From: an uncultured Chloroflexia bacterium
GTDB taxonomy: Bacteria; Chloroflexota; Limnocylindria; Limnocylindrales; CSP1-4
Reading direction: 5' to 3'
Length of the DNA: 64,000 nt
Assembly (NCBI GenBank): GCA_963833225.1
Contig: CAWHXD010000007.1
Span: forward strand, 160,001-224,000
The position numbers were made by a program, and so were the translations under genes. The notes beneath the pieces are model-generated. The model worked only from the letters and a program-made list of their open reading frames with translations, was not told the origin of the DNA and ran no database searches. Shown here in pieces: positions 29,469 through 38,908 of the stretch (the stretch's first letter is position 1; every line of letters begins with the position of its first letter).

Positions 29469-30451
29469 CAGTTGCTTCCTTCAGGATTGGTCGACGGCCC
29501 GACGGCGGGGTGCGCCTGCGTGCCATCGGAGACGCGGCTCAGGCCGAGCTGCGCGGGCTTGTTCTCGGCGTCGAGCTCGAGCGCCTTGCGGTACCAGGTG
29601 GTCGCGGTGATGTCGTCGCCCTGGCTTTCGGCGAGCAGCCCCAGCCCGATGCGGGCATCGAGCGCGGCATCGCCGTCGGCAATGGCCTCCAAGCGCTTGA
29701 TCGCGCCGTCAACGTCGCCGGTCTGGCCCGCGACCATCGCGTTGGCCCACTCCGCGAAGGCGGTGTCGCCGGTTGCGGTGTAGGCGGCCGCGAGCGTCTG
29801 GTACGGGTCCGGCCAGCCGAGCGGGACGAAGCTGATCGCCATGCGGAGGGGTTCGATGGCCTTCTCGGGCGTGCCGACCTGGACGTACGCATCGCCGAGC
29901 AGGTTCATCGCGTCGGCGTCGGTGCGCTGGATGGCGAGCGCCTTCAGCAGGTAGTCGACGGCTTCCTGGGGTCGTTCCTGCTGGAGGGCGATGTCTCCCA
30001 GCCCGTAGTACGACGTCTGGAGCATCGGGTCGACGTTCGCCATCTCGTTGGCGGAGGCGATCTCGATGACCTTGGTGTAGTCCGCCGCCGCCGCGTCGAG
30101 GTCGCCCTTGATCTCGTATGCCTGGCCGCGGCTGACGTAGGCGGCCTCGTTCTGCTTGCCGGTCCCGATGATCTCGGTGTACTGGGCGATGGCATCGTCG
30201 AAGCGGTTGGCCGCGAGGTAGATATCCCCGAGCCGTCCCCGCGACGCGAGGTCGGCCGGATCCGCCCGCACGGCCTCCTCGAGGGCGGCCAGCTCCCGGT
30301 CCAGGATCGGGGCTGCCGGGGCGCGGAAGCGGTCGACGGCGTAGAACGCGACGAACGCGATGAGGACAACCACGAACAGCAGCGCGATCCGCTTGATCCA
30401 GCGGTTCAGCTCTGCCTCCGGCATGTTGGTCAGGGACGTGACCCGGGACAT
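29468..30451 (-). CDS. Membrane-anchored TPR protein
   Basis: TM IALLFVVVLIAFVAFYAV followed by ~6 TPRs (LGDIYLAANRFDDAIAQY, YYGLGDIAL..., LLGDAYVQ...). Confidence 0.85.
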   Translation of the reverse strand: MSRVTSLTNMPEAELNRWIKRIALLFVVVLIAFVAFYAVDRFRAPAAPILDRELAALEEAVRADPADLASRGRLGDIYLAANRFDDAIAQYTEIIGTGKQNEAAYVSRGQAYEIKGDLDAAAADYTKVIEIASANEMANVDPMLQTSYYGLGDIALQQERPQEAVDYLLKALAIQRTDADAMNLLGDAYVQVGTPEKAIEPLRMAISFVPLGWPDPYQTLAAAYTATGDTAFAEWANAMVAGQTGDVDGAIKRLEAIADGDAALDARIGLGLLAESQGDDITATTWYRKALELDAENKPAQLGLSRVSDGTQAHPAVGPSTNPEGSN

Positions 30452-30527
30452 TCTTGGCACCTTCACTCCACGGCCGGCGGATTTGGACGGACCGACCTCT
30501 CGCCATGATCGCGTGCGCGAGGCAATG

Positions 30528-30596
30528 TTCCCATCCGTCGAGGGATAGAACTGAGATACAGGGCGGTGCCCTGGTGCACCACGATCTCTGTATCCA
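30528..30596. promoter_or_regulatory. Candidate operator cluster upstream of TPR-NHL-OmcS-like operon
   Basis: TTCCCATC-CGTC-GAGG (30528), half-sites GATACAGG (30555) and CTGTATC (30588); CCCAT 25 bp from minus-strand GATCAT (30505-30510). Confidence 0.5.
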
Positions 30597-30658
30597 GCGG
30601 CTTCACGGGCCCGGTTTGACGGGCCATTGGTCCCATTCCGACCATGCGTCCGCACCGA

Positions 30659-31195
30659 TCAGGCGGGCAGCGATTCCCTGGGCGTCTGGAAGTCGCCTGG
30701 CACGTCCACCTCGATGATGTCGCCGGCGAGCCGGACCGGAAACCGGTTGAGTGGTCGCGGTGGCGGACCGGCCAGGACAGCCCCGTCGAGGGCGAACTGG
30801 CCGTCGTGGCAGCGACACTTGAAGCGCGCCCCTTCCGTGGACCACTCATACCGGCACAGGCCATGGGTGCAGCGAGGGTCAAACGCGGTCAGCTCGCCCG
30901 ACGCCTTCCGGACCAGCCAGGTCGAGCCCGGCACACTGGTGGTCCCGGAGACCAGCGTGAACGGCACCTCGACCGGCGTCCCCGGGACGAGCGTATCCGG
31001 GTCCACGTCCAGGGTCAGGGTGACGGGTGGCGCCGCACAGGCCTCGAGGAGCACGCCCAGCCCGCCGCCAGCCGCGAGGGCACCGGCGCCCATGAGCAGC
31101 AGCATTCGGCGGCGGGGCACCGGTGTCGCGCCCGGGTCGAACGTCGCGCGTGGATCGTACGCCGGCGGGTCATGCCGGCGGAAAGAGTCGCCCAT
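30659..31195 (-). CDS. Small Tat-exported Rieske [2Fe-2S] (lipo)protein
   Basis: PRRRMLL Tat motif, LEAC lipobox-like; CTHGLC and CRCHDGQF; GPPPRPL. Confidence 0.85.
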   Translation of the reverse strand: MGDSFRRHDPPAYDPRATFDPGATPVPRRRMLLLMGAGALAAGGGLGVLLEACAAPPVTLTLDVDPDTLVPGTPVEVPFTLVSGTTSVPGSTWLVRKASGELTAFDPRCTHGLCRYEWSTEGARFKCRCHDGQFALDGAVLAGPPPRPLNRFPVRLAGDIIEVDVPGDFQTPRESLPA

Positions 31196-31206
31196 GGAGC
31201 GACAGC

Positions 31207-31611
31207 CTATCCGGTCAGGCCCGCTGGCTGCACGGTGTGCTCGGGATCCGCATTCGCCGCGCCGGCAATGGCCTCGCGGATCGTCGCCAGGAAATCGTCG
31301 GGCCGGCTGGACAGGGACTGGCGGCGCAAGGTGAACGCGCTGGTGGTGTTGATGTCCACGTCGAGCACCAGGGAGGCATGCGACCGGCGGACGATATCGG
31401 CGGCATCGACGGCGCCGCCCTCCTCCACCACGACCACCTGCGGCTCCGTGGCCAGGGCAATCGCGACAGCCGCTTCCTCGGAGATGTCCACCGCCTCGAC
31501 CGTCACGCCCGATTCGGCCGCGAGCATCCGGCCAAGGCCCTCCCCCATCAGGGGATGGCTGTACAGGACGAGAACTCTGACCAGCTCAGGGCACAACGTC
31601 GTGCTCTCCAA
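31207..31611 (-). CDS. Stand-alone atypical receiver-like domain protein
   Basis: VRVLVLYSHPLMGEGLGRML...EPQVVVVE resembles NarL-type REC but lacks acidic pocket and phospho-Asp; start uncertain. Confidence 0.55.
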   Translation of the reverse strand: MESTTLCPELVRVLVLYSHPLMGEGLGRMLAAESGVTVEAVDISEEAAVAIALATEPQVVVVEEGGAVDAADIVRRSHASLVLDVDINTTSAFTLRRQSLSSRPDDFLATIREAIAGAANADPEHTVQPAGLTG

Positions 31612-31667
31612 CGACGCGGCTCGCCCGGTGCGACCCGTGATCCGATGCTAGGCCGCGCCGCGGGTGA

Positions 31668-31725
31668 GGCCAATCCGTCGCCCGGCACAGGTGCTCCGCG
31701 GGCTTCCTGTATCCGACGGGGGAAG
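31668..31725. promoter_or_regulatory. Candidate operator pair upstream of receiver/Rieske unit
   Basis: GGCCAATC-CGTC-G (31668) 25 bp from minus-strand TAGCAT (31645-31650); CCTGTATC-CGAC-GGGGGAAG (31706). Confidence 0.5.
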
Positions 31726-31780
31726 GCGCGGCGATCTCGATGGGCGCCTTCCCGGCCCCCGCCGCCTTCCCGGCCCGCCG

Positions 31781-31900
31781 CCTTGATCGCCGCCTGCATC
31801 ATCCTGAGCCGCTTCGTGCACCGATCGAGCGTCAGAACCCCGGTTTGAGCTCGCGGTCCCTGCGCGAGGCCGGTACATCCGAACCAGATCGCGATCAGGG
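31781..31900. repeat. ~119 bp palindromic element, copy 2 (upstream of XRE-nuclease gene)
   Basis: CCTTGATCGCCGCCTGCATCA ... central GAACCCCGGTTT ... CGAACCAGATCGCGATCAGGG. Confidence 0.8.
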
Positions 31901-32061
31901 GCTGGGCGCGGTGGCACACGAGATCACGCCGTCGCGCGCCCCGGGTCCGCCACGCGGGGTCGGCCGAGGTCCGTGGCATGAGAACGGCGATCGTCCTGGG
32001 CTAGGCCCAACAGGGTCCCCGCGTAAGTGACCGTTGAGTGGCGTGAGCTACAGAAGGCTTC

Positions 32062-32871
32062 GTGACAGCAAGCACGCATGATCTTGGAGACGCCAGCATC
32101 GCGAGCGCCCTCGCTCGGACGATCCTCCGCAGCCGTCACCTTGCCGGCTGGACGCAGCGCGAGCTGGCGCGTCGCGCAGGGACATCGCAGACAACGGTCT
32201 GCAGGCTCGAGTCTGGGCACGCAGCCAGCTTCGATCTCGTCGTCGTGAACGAGGTCCTGGCGGCGCTTGGCCTCCGTCCCAAGCTGGTTCTGGAGGACCG
32301 GCACCTTGATGATCGGCGGCGGCAGCGTGACGCCGTGCATGCCCGGCTGAACGGACACGTTGCCCGCCGCCTGGAACGGACCGGCTGGCTGACAGCCACC
32401 GAGGTGGAGATCGGCGATCCTGTGCCACGTGGGTGGATTGACCTCCTCGCATACCGGCCGGCGGACCGGGCGCTGCTCGTCGAGGAGACCAAGACGGACA
32501 TCCCCGATATGGGCGGGCTGCAGCGCAGCGTGGCCTTCTACCAGCGCGAGGCATGGGTAGCGGCACAACGGCTGGGCTGGAGGCCGGTACGATCGGCGGT
32601 CCTGGTCGTGACCCTCGACAGCGCCACGATCGCGGCACGCCTGGCCGCGAACCGCGACCTCGTCGTCAGGGCGTTCCCGGCCCGGATCGGTGAGGTCGCG
32701 GCGTGGCTGCGCGATCCGAGCCAGGAGCCGCCACGCGCGTGGGCGATCGGGGCGTGCGATCCGGCGTCCCGTGAGCACGCCTGGCTTCGCCCGACGATGC
32801 TGGGGACGCGCCGCCGGCCACCCGCCTACGAGGACTATGCGCAGGCGGCAGCGCTGCTCTTGCGGAGGTGA
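32062..32871 (+). CDS. XRE-family HTH fused to putative PD-(D/E)xK nuclease domain
   Basis: RHLAGWTQRELARRAGTSQTTVCRLESG (XRE HTH); TEVE...GWIDLL...LVEETKT (restriction endonuclease-like motif). Confidence 0.75.
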   Translation: MTASTHDLGDASIASALARTILRSRHLAGWTQRELARRAGTSQTTVCRLESGHAASFDLVVVNEVLAALGLRPKLVLEDRHLDDRRRQRDAVHARLNGHVARRLERTGWLTATEVEIGDPVPRGWIDLLAYRPADRALLVEETKTDIPDMGGLQRSVAFYQREAWVAAQRLGWRPVRSAVLVVTLDSATIAARLAANRDLVVRAFPARIGEVAAWLRDPSQEPPRAWAIGACDPASREHAWLRPTMLGTRRRPPAYEDYAQAAALLLRR

Positions 32872-32905
32872 GCCGAACCGGCACCCAACTTGCCCCGAGC
32901 GCCGC

Positions 32906-33024
32906 CCCTGATCGCCATCTGCATCATTCCGGGCGGCTTCACGCTCAGACCGGGCGACGAAACTCCGGTTTGGGCTGCTGATCCACGCAGAAACCCGACG
33001 AATTGAACCAGATCGCGATCAGGG
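32906..33024. repeat. ~119 bp palindromic element, copy 3 (downstream of XRE-nuclease gene)
   Basis: CCCTGATCGCCATCTGCATCA ... central GAAACTCCGGTTT ... TGAACCAGATCGCGATCAGGG. Confidence 0.82.
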
Positions 33025-33026
33025 AT

Positions 33027-33142
33027 GGGGCGAGGGACCTTGATCAGCTTGGGGCGAAGGTGCCTTGGTCAGGCCGGGCGTCGGGGGCGGCGGCAGCGTG
33101 ATCAGCCCGGGGCGAGGGACCTTGATCAGCTTGGGGCGAGGG
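33027..33142. repeat. Degenerate ~24 bp tandem repeat
   Basis: GGGGCGAGGGACCTTGATCAGCTT exact at 33027 and 33109, degenerate units between and a partial unit after. Confidence 0.75.
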
Positions 33143-33198
33143 GAGTCGCGAAGCGGGCCCGAGCGCTGAGGCCCGTGCAACCCCGCCGAGTGCCCGCG

Positions 33199-33906
33199 TC
33201 AGTCCCGGCGCGCGTCGTCCCGTCGAGGCTCCGGGTTCGCGAAGCCTCGCCGCACCGCGTAGGCGGCGGCCTGGACGCGATTGGTGAGATGGAGCTTCTC
33301 GAGCGCGTTGTGCACGTGGTTCTTGACCGTGCCCTCGGTGATCGTGAGCTCGTTCGCGATCTCCTTGTTGGACAGGCCGTCGGCGACGAGCTCGAGGATC
33401 TCGGACTCGCGGCGGGTCAGGATCGTGTCCTGCGCCGGGACCGCTGCCTGGCTCCGGGTGGGGATCCCGCCGGTACGGAGCGCCTCGAGGAGCCTGGATG
33501 CGACCGCCGGCGCGATCGGTGCCTCGCCACGCATCACGCCCCGCATGTCGTCGAACAGCTGCTCGGGGCGCACGTTCTTGAGCAGGTAGCCATTGGCGCC
33601 GGCCTTGATCGACTCGAACAGGTCGTCGTCGTCCTCGGAGACCGTGAGCATCACGATCGGGGTCCTGAAGCCGGCCTGGCGGATCGCGTTCACACCGTCC
33701 ACCCCGGACGCAACGGGCATGTTGACGTCCATGACCACCAGATCGGGCCGCAGCGCTCGCACCTTCTCGAGCGCGTCACGACCGTTCTCGCCCTCACCCA
33801 CGACCGTCATGTCGAACTGGGCGCCGATCAGCGTCGCGAGCGCCCTTCGGAAGAGGGGCTGGTCATCGACGAGCAGCACCCGAAGTTTCGGTGGCGTGTG
33901 TTCCAA
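33199..33906 (-). CDS. NarL/LuxR-family DNA-binding response regulator
   Basis: RVLLVDDQ, DLVVMDVNMP, GYLLK, LTRRESEILELVADGLSNKEIA...TVKNHV; start approximate. Confidence 0.93.
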   Translation of the reverse strand: MEHTPPKLRVLLVDDQPLFRRALATLIGAQFDMTVVGEGENGRDALEKVRALRPDLVVMDVNMPVASGVDGVNAIRQAGFRTPIVMLTVSEDDDDLFESIKAGANGYLLKNVRPEQLFDDMRGVMRGEAPIAPAVASRLLEALRTGGIPTRSQAAVPAQDTILTRRESEILELVADGLSNKEIANELTITEGTVKNHVHNALEKLHLTNRVQAAAYAVRRGFANPEPRRDDARRD

Positions 33907-35674
33907 CGGTGTCCTCAGGATCGAGTCGGACGACAATCGTCGTTCCCTCGTTCGGCGCAGTATGCACGTCAAGGCGGCCGCCGAGCGTGGTCACCCGCTC
34001 GCGCATGGACGCGAGGCCAAAGCCACCCTCCATGGAGCTGGAGACGATCGAAGGATCGAAGCCTACGCCATCGTCCTCGATCGTGAGCGTGGCGCCGCCG
34101 TCGAGGCAGTCGATCCGAACGCCGACACGCTTGGCGCCGGCGTGCTTGCGGGTGTTCGTGAGCGCCTCCTGGACCACGCGCAGGAGTTGGACCTCGGAGC
34201 GCGGACTGAGCGCGCGGCGGGTGTCGCCCTCGCACGAGAGGCTGGCCACGATGCCGGTCTGGCGGCTGTACTTGCGGAGGTATTCCCGCAGCGACCCCTC
34301 CAGCCCGTCGTCCTCGCGGACCGTCTCCCGCAGGCCAAGGATCGCCTCGCGCACGTCCTGGTAGGCCTCGTCGGCGGTCTCCGCGAGGTCCGACAGCTCG
34401 TCGGCCATCGTGAGGCTCGCCTCGTCCTTTGCCCGGGACTCGAGCGCCCGGAGCTGGAGGTGGATCACGCCCAGGACCTGGGCCAGGCTGTCGTGGAGCT
34501 CGCGCGCGATGCGGTCGCGCTCGGCGTGGATCGTCCACTGCTCCTCGGCCTCGTGGAGCCGCGCCGTGCGGACGGCGATGGCGGCCATGTCGGCGAGCGC
34601 TCCGAGCAGGCTGCGGTCGGCCGGCGTGAACGGGCGCCCGGCACGCACCACGCACAGCTCGCCGAGAATGCCGTCGGGGCCGCGGAGCGGGCGCGCGAAC
34701 CAGTGGGAGCCGTCGGCGCGGGTGACCAGCGGGCAGCCCGGGTTCTGCGGATGGCTTCCCAGCACCTTCTCGTGGTGGACCTGGCACACGGAGCCGTCAT
34801 CCGCCATCGCCAGGCGGTCGCGCCCGACGTTGGCCCGGAGACCGGTCCCGCGCGGATCGGCGAGACAGGCCACCGCACGCTCCGCGCCGAGGAGGTCCCG
34901 AGCGTGCTGGGTGATGGTGTCCAGGACGTCCCTGAGCTCGCCGCGGCCGGTCAGCTGGAGGGCAACGGCGTAGAGGGCCTCGCGCTCGCGCTCGCGGCGA
35001 TGGAGGTCGGAGACGGTGAGCCCCAGCTGGGCCGCGCCGGCGATCTCGCCGGCGATGTCGATGAACGCGGCGTCACTGATGTCGGGCTGCACCGGCGGGT
35101 GGAACGCGAGCCGCAGGTGGCCGATGCGGTTGGCGCCGCGGACCAGGGGCAGGTCGAGGATGCCGGTGTCGATACCCGCCCGGCGGTCGTAGCGCGGGGT
35201 GTCGATCGCCGGGTCGACCGGCTCGTCGAGGACCGCGCCCAGCCAGGCGAGCCCCGACCCGAGGTTCGCCGGACGACGCACCACGAGCGGCTGGTCGTCG
35301 GCGACGTTGACGGTCACGATCCCGGCCAGGGCCTGGGTCTGGGTCACCACCCGGTCAAGCGATTGCTCGAGCAGGTCCGGCAGCGACGAGCCGCCACGGA
35401 CGGCGGAGCTGACGGCGTGCGTCGCGGTGAGGTCCTTGTTCTGGGCCACCAGCTGGCGTTGCGTCCGGTCGAGGTAGATCGAGACGATCACGGCGAACAC
35501 GACGATCGCGCCGCCCATGACCATCGCCGAGGCGATGTAGCTCTCGTCACCGCCGAGCTGCGGGTCGAGAACCAGGAACCGGAGCAGCTCGAACGCCCAC
35601 ACGAAGCCGATGGGCAGGAGGATGGTTGCCCACTTCAGGCGGTTCAGGTCGCGGGCACCCGACGGGACGCTCAT
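33863..35674 (-). CDS. NarX-like (HisKA_3) sensor histidine kinase with two TMs and GAF domains
   Basis: ERDRIARELHDSLAQ, QEALTNTRKHA, IEDDGVGF, GFGLASMRER. Confidence 0.92.
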   Translation of the reverse strand: MSVPSGARDLNRLKWATILLPIGFVWAFELLRFLVLDPQLGGDESYIASAMVMGGAIVVFAVIVSIYLDRTQRQLVAQNKDLTATHAVSSAVRGGSSLPDLLEQSLDRVVTQTQALAGIVTVNVADDQPLVVRRPANLGSGLAWLGAVLDEPVDPAIDTPRYDRRAGIDTGILDLPLVRGANRIGHLRLAFHPPVQPDISDAAFIDIAGEIAGAAQLGLTVSDLHRREREREALYAVALQLTGRGELRDVLDTITQHARDLLGAERAVACLADPRGTGLRANVGRDRLAMADDGSVCQVHHEKVLGSHPQNPGCPLVTRADGSHWFARPLRGPDGILGELCVVRAGRPFTPADRSLLGALADMAAIAVRTARLHEAEEQWTIHAERDRIARELHDSLAQVLGVIHLQLRALESRAKDEASLTMADELSDLAETADEAYQDVREAILGLRETVREDDGLEGSLREYLRKYSRQTGIVASLSCEGDTRRALSPRSEVQLLRVVQEALTNTRKHAGAKRVGVRIDCLDGGATLTIEDDGVGFDPSIVSSSMEGGFGLASMRERVTTLGGRLDVHTAPNEGTTIVVRLDPEDTVGTHATETSGAARR

Positions 35675-36037
35675 GCCCCGACTGTGCCTTTCGATATAGA
35701 CGTGTGCGTAGAGCCGTCCGGCCTGTCCACGGCGGGGCACTCCGGCCCGCAGGGTCGGGCCAATCGGGAGCGGTCCCAAGGGTGGTGCGCGAATGCACCG
35801 ATGGTCGTGCGGGTTCAGCCGTTACCAGCGCCCCGACCAGCGACGGGCGACCGGGCGATCAGTGCCCGGCCATGGCTCCCGCGTGACCGGGTCGGCGTCC
35901 CCACCGGGCCGGGTCCTTTCGGGCCGTTCGGCCCTGTCCCGATCCCGCCTGCGTTCGCGGATCCTTGTACCCAAGTGCGAGCGCGCAATGCCGCTGCGCG
36001 TCGGTCCGGCGTGCGTGCTCTCGACACGGTGGAGGAC

Positions 36038-38908
36038 ATGGACCTCGTCGCACGTCAGGCAACGCCCGCGCCCCGGATGAGCTCAGGGGACCCTGCACCC
36101 GTCGTCAACCTGGAGATCGACGGACGCCCGGTGGCGGCCCGAGCCGGCCAGACCGTGCTCCAGGCCGCCCGCGAGGCCGGCGCGTACATCCCGAGCCTGT
36201 GCTATCACCCGAAGCTCGGGTCGGCGGGGCTGTGCCGCGTCTGCGCCGTGGAGGTGGAGGGCGCCAACGGCCTCCAGACGGCCTGCAACCTGCCGGTCCG
36301 CGAGGGGATGGCGGTCCGCACCCAGACCCCGCTGGTCCTCGAGGCTCGCCGCCTGAACATCGAGCTGCAGCTCGCCGCGGGCGTCCACGACTGCCTCGCC
36401 TGCGAGGCGACCGGCCGCTGCGAGCTCCAGGACGTGGCCTATCGGGCGGGCATCGAGCGCCCGGGGTTCGCTGACGCGCGCGAGCGGCGCGCGGCCGGCG
36501 CGACCCGCCCCGTGGACGCCTCGTCCCCGTTCATCGTCCGCGACCCGGACAAGTGCATCCACTGCTTCCGCTGCATCCGGGGCTGCAACGAGGTCGTCGT
36601 CAACGAGGTCCTGGACATGGGCTTCCGTGGCGCGCAGTCGGCGGTGGTGTGCGACAACGACCTGCCGATGGGCCAGTCGAGCTGTGTCCACTGCGGCGAG
36701 TGCGTGCAGCTCTGCCCCACCGGCTCGTTGATCGAGAAGAAGGCGATCGGCCTGGGGCGCCCATGGGACCTGGAGAAGGTCCGCACGACCTGCGCGTACT
36801 GCGGCGTCGGCTGCCAGGTCGAGGTGCACGTGGACCGGGCGACGAACCGGATCGTGCGGGTCGAAGGCGTGGAGGGCGCGCCACCCAACGACGGGATGCT
36901 GTGCATCAAGGGCCGCTTCGGGTACGACTACACCAGCAGCGCGGACCGCCTGGGCACGCCGCTGTTGCGGCGATCACGCGCCGAGAAGCTCGCGCCCGCC
37001 ACGTGGGACGAGGCGCTGGACTTCGCCGCGGAGCGCCTGGCGGCCATCCGGGACCGCGACGGCCCCGACGCGATCGGCGTCGTCGCCTGCGCACGGTCCA
37101 CGAACGAGAGCAACTACGCCGCCACCGTATTCGCCCGCGCGGGGGTCGGGACGAACAGCATCGACCACTGCGCAAGAACCTGACACGCTCCCTCTGTCGC
37201 CGGTCTGGCGACCACATTCGGATCAGGGGCCATGACGAACTCGATCCAGGAGATCGAGGACGCCAAGGTGCTCCTCGTCATCGGCTCCAACACCACCGAC
37301 GCCCACCCGGTCATCAGCTACTACATGAAGCGCGCCCACAAGCGGGGCGCGACGCTGATCGTCTGCGACCCCCGGGCCATCGACCTCGTGCGCTGGGCGG
37401 ATGTCCACGTCCAGCACCGGATCGGCTCCGACATCGCCCTGGTCAACGGCCTCATCCACGAGATCATCAAGCAGGGCTGGGCGGACGAGGCGTTCATCGA
37501 GCACCACACCGAGGGCTTCGACGCCGTCCGCGCCAACGTCGAGCGGTACCCCCCGGAGGTGGCGGCCGAGATCACGGGCGTCCCCGCGGACGAGATCCGG
37601 CGCGTCGCCAGGATCCTCGGCGAAGCGGAATCGGCCGGCGTCTACTACACCCTCGGCATCACGGAGCACATCTCCGGCACCGCCAACGTGGAGGCGCTCG
37701 CCAACCTCCAGATGGTGCTGGGCAACCTCGGCAAGCCGTCCGCCGGCCTCAACCCGCTGCGCGGCCAGAACAACGTCCAGGGCGCCTGTGACGTGGGCGC
37801 GCTGCCCGACGTCTACCTGAACTACCAGAAGGTGGAGAACGAGGAGGTCGCGCTCAAGTTCGAGAAGGCATGGGGCCGGCCGGGCCTGTCCCGCAAGCAG
37901 GGCCTGACGATCCCGTCGATGATGGACGGCCTCGAGGACGGGTCGCTCAAGGCGCTGTACGTGTTCGGCGAGAACATCGCGATCTCCGAGCCCAACTCCC
38001 ACCGCATCGAGGCGCTGCTCCGGGAGGCGGAGCTGATCATCGTCAACGACCTGTTCGAGACCGAGACCAGCGCCTTCGCCGACGTGGTGTTCCCGGCGAC
38101 CTCCTGGGCGGAGGTCGATGGCACGTACACCAACACCGAGCGCCGCGTCCAGCGAGTCCGACCGGTGCTGCGGCCCCCCGGCGAGGCGCGCGACGACTGG
38201 TGGATCTTCGCGCAGCTGGCGAAGCGGCTGGGGTACGACCCGGGGTGGGCGTCGCCGCGCGACGTGTGGGACGAGATCCGGGAGCTGGGCCCCAGCTACC
38301 ACGGGATCACCTGGGAGCGCTGCGAGGACGTCGGCATCCAGTGGCCGGCGCCGACGCTGGACCATCCCGGCACGCCCTACCTCCACATGGACGGGCACTT
38401 CACCCGCGGCCGGGGCCGGTTTGTCCCCGTCGACTGGGTGCCGCCGTCGGAGCCGCCGGACGAGGAGTACCCGCTGGTCCTGTCCACGGGCCGCCGGCTG
38501 TGGCACTACCACACGGGCACCCAGACGCACCGGTCGGCCGGGTTCGACGAGGTGTGTGGCGAAGAGGTGATCGAGATCAGTCCGGCCGACGCGGAGGTGC
38601 TCGGGATCGCGGACGGCGAGATGGTCCGGGTGTCGTCGCGGCGCGGGACGGTGGACGTCAGGGCGTGGGTCACCCACCGGTCGCCACCCGGGGTCTGCTG
38701 GATGGCGTTCCACTTCGCGAAGGCACACGCGAACGTGCTCACGATCGAGGCGGGCGATCCCATCACGCAGACGCCGGAGCTCAAGCACTGCGCGATCCGG
38801 GTCGAGAAGATGCCGGCGGAGTCGACGGCGAGCGCCGCGCCGGCGGCGCGTCCGGACCAGGGACCGGCCGACGTCGACGGGCAGTGGCCCGGCCGGGCAG
38901 GTGCCGTC
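36038..38908 (+). CDS. fdhF: Selenocysteine-containing formate dehydrogenase alpha subunit with N-terminal FeS domains (reads in frame into downstream NuoEF-GltD region)
   Basis: RBS GGAGG; [2Fe-2S] and [4Fe-4S] motifs; TTCAYCGVGC; DHCART-UGA(37181-37183)-HAPSVAGL; PLRGQNNVQG; STGRRLWHYH. Confidence 0.92.
37181..37212 (+). promoter_or_regulatory. Bacterial SECIS element
   Basis: UGA + 12 nt + GTCGCC-GGTCT-GGCGAC hairpin. Confidence 0.85.

Noticed and set aside
33027-33142. Possible CRISPR array
   Set aside because: Units are adjacent and degenerate without unique spacers; no cas genes in the window
33593-36037. Long N-terminal extension of the 1196 aa plus-strand ORF
   Set aside because: Antisense shadow of the kinase/regulator genes; the real FDH start with RBS is at 36038
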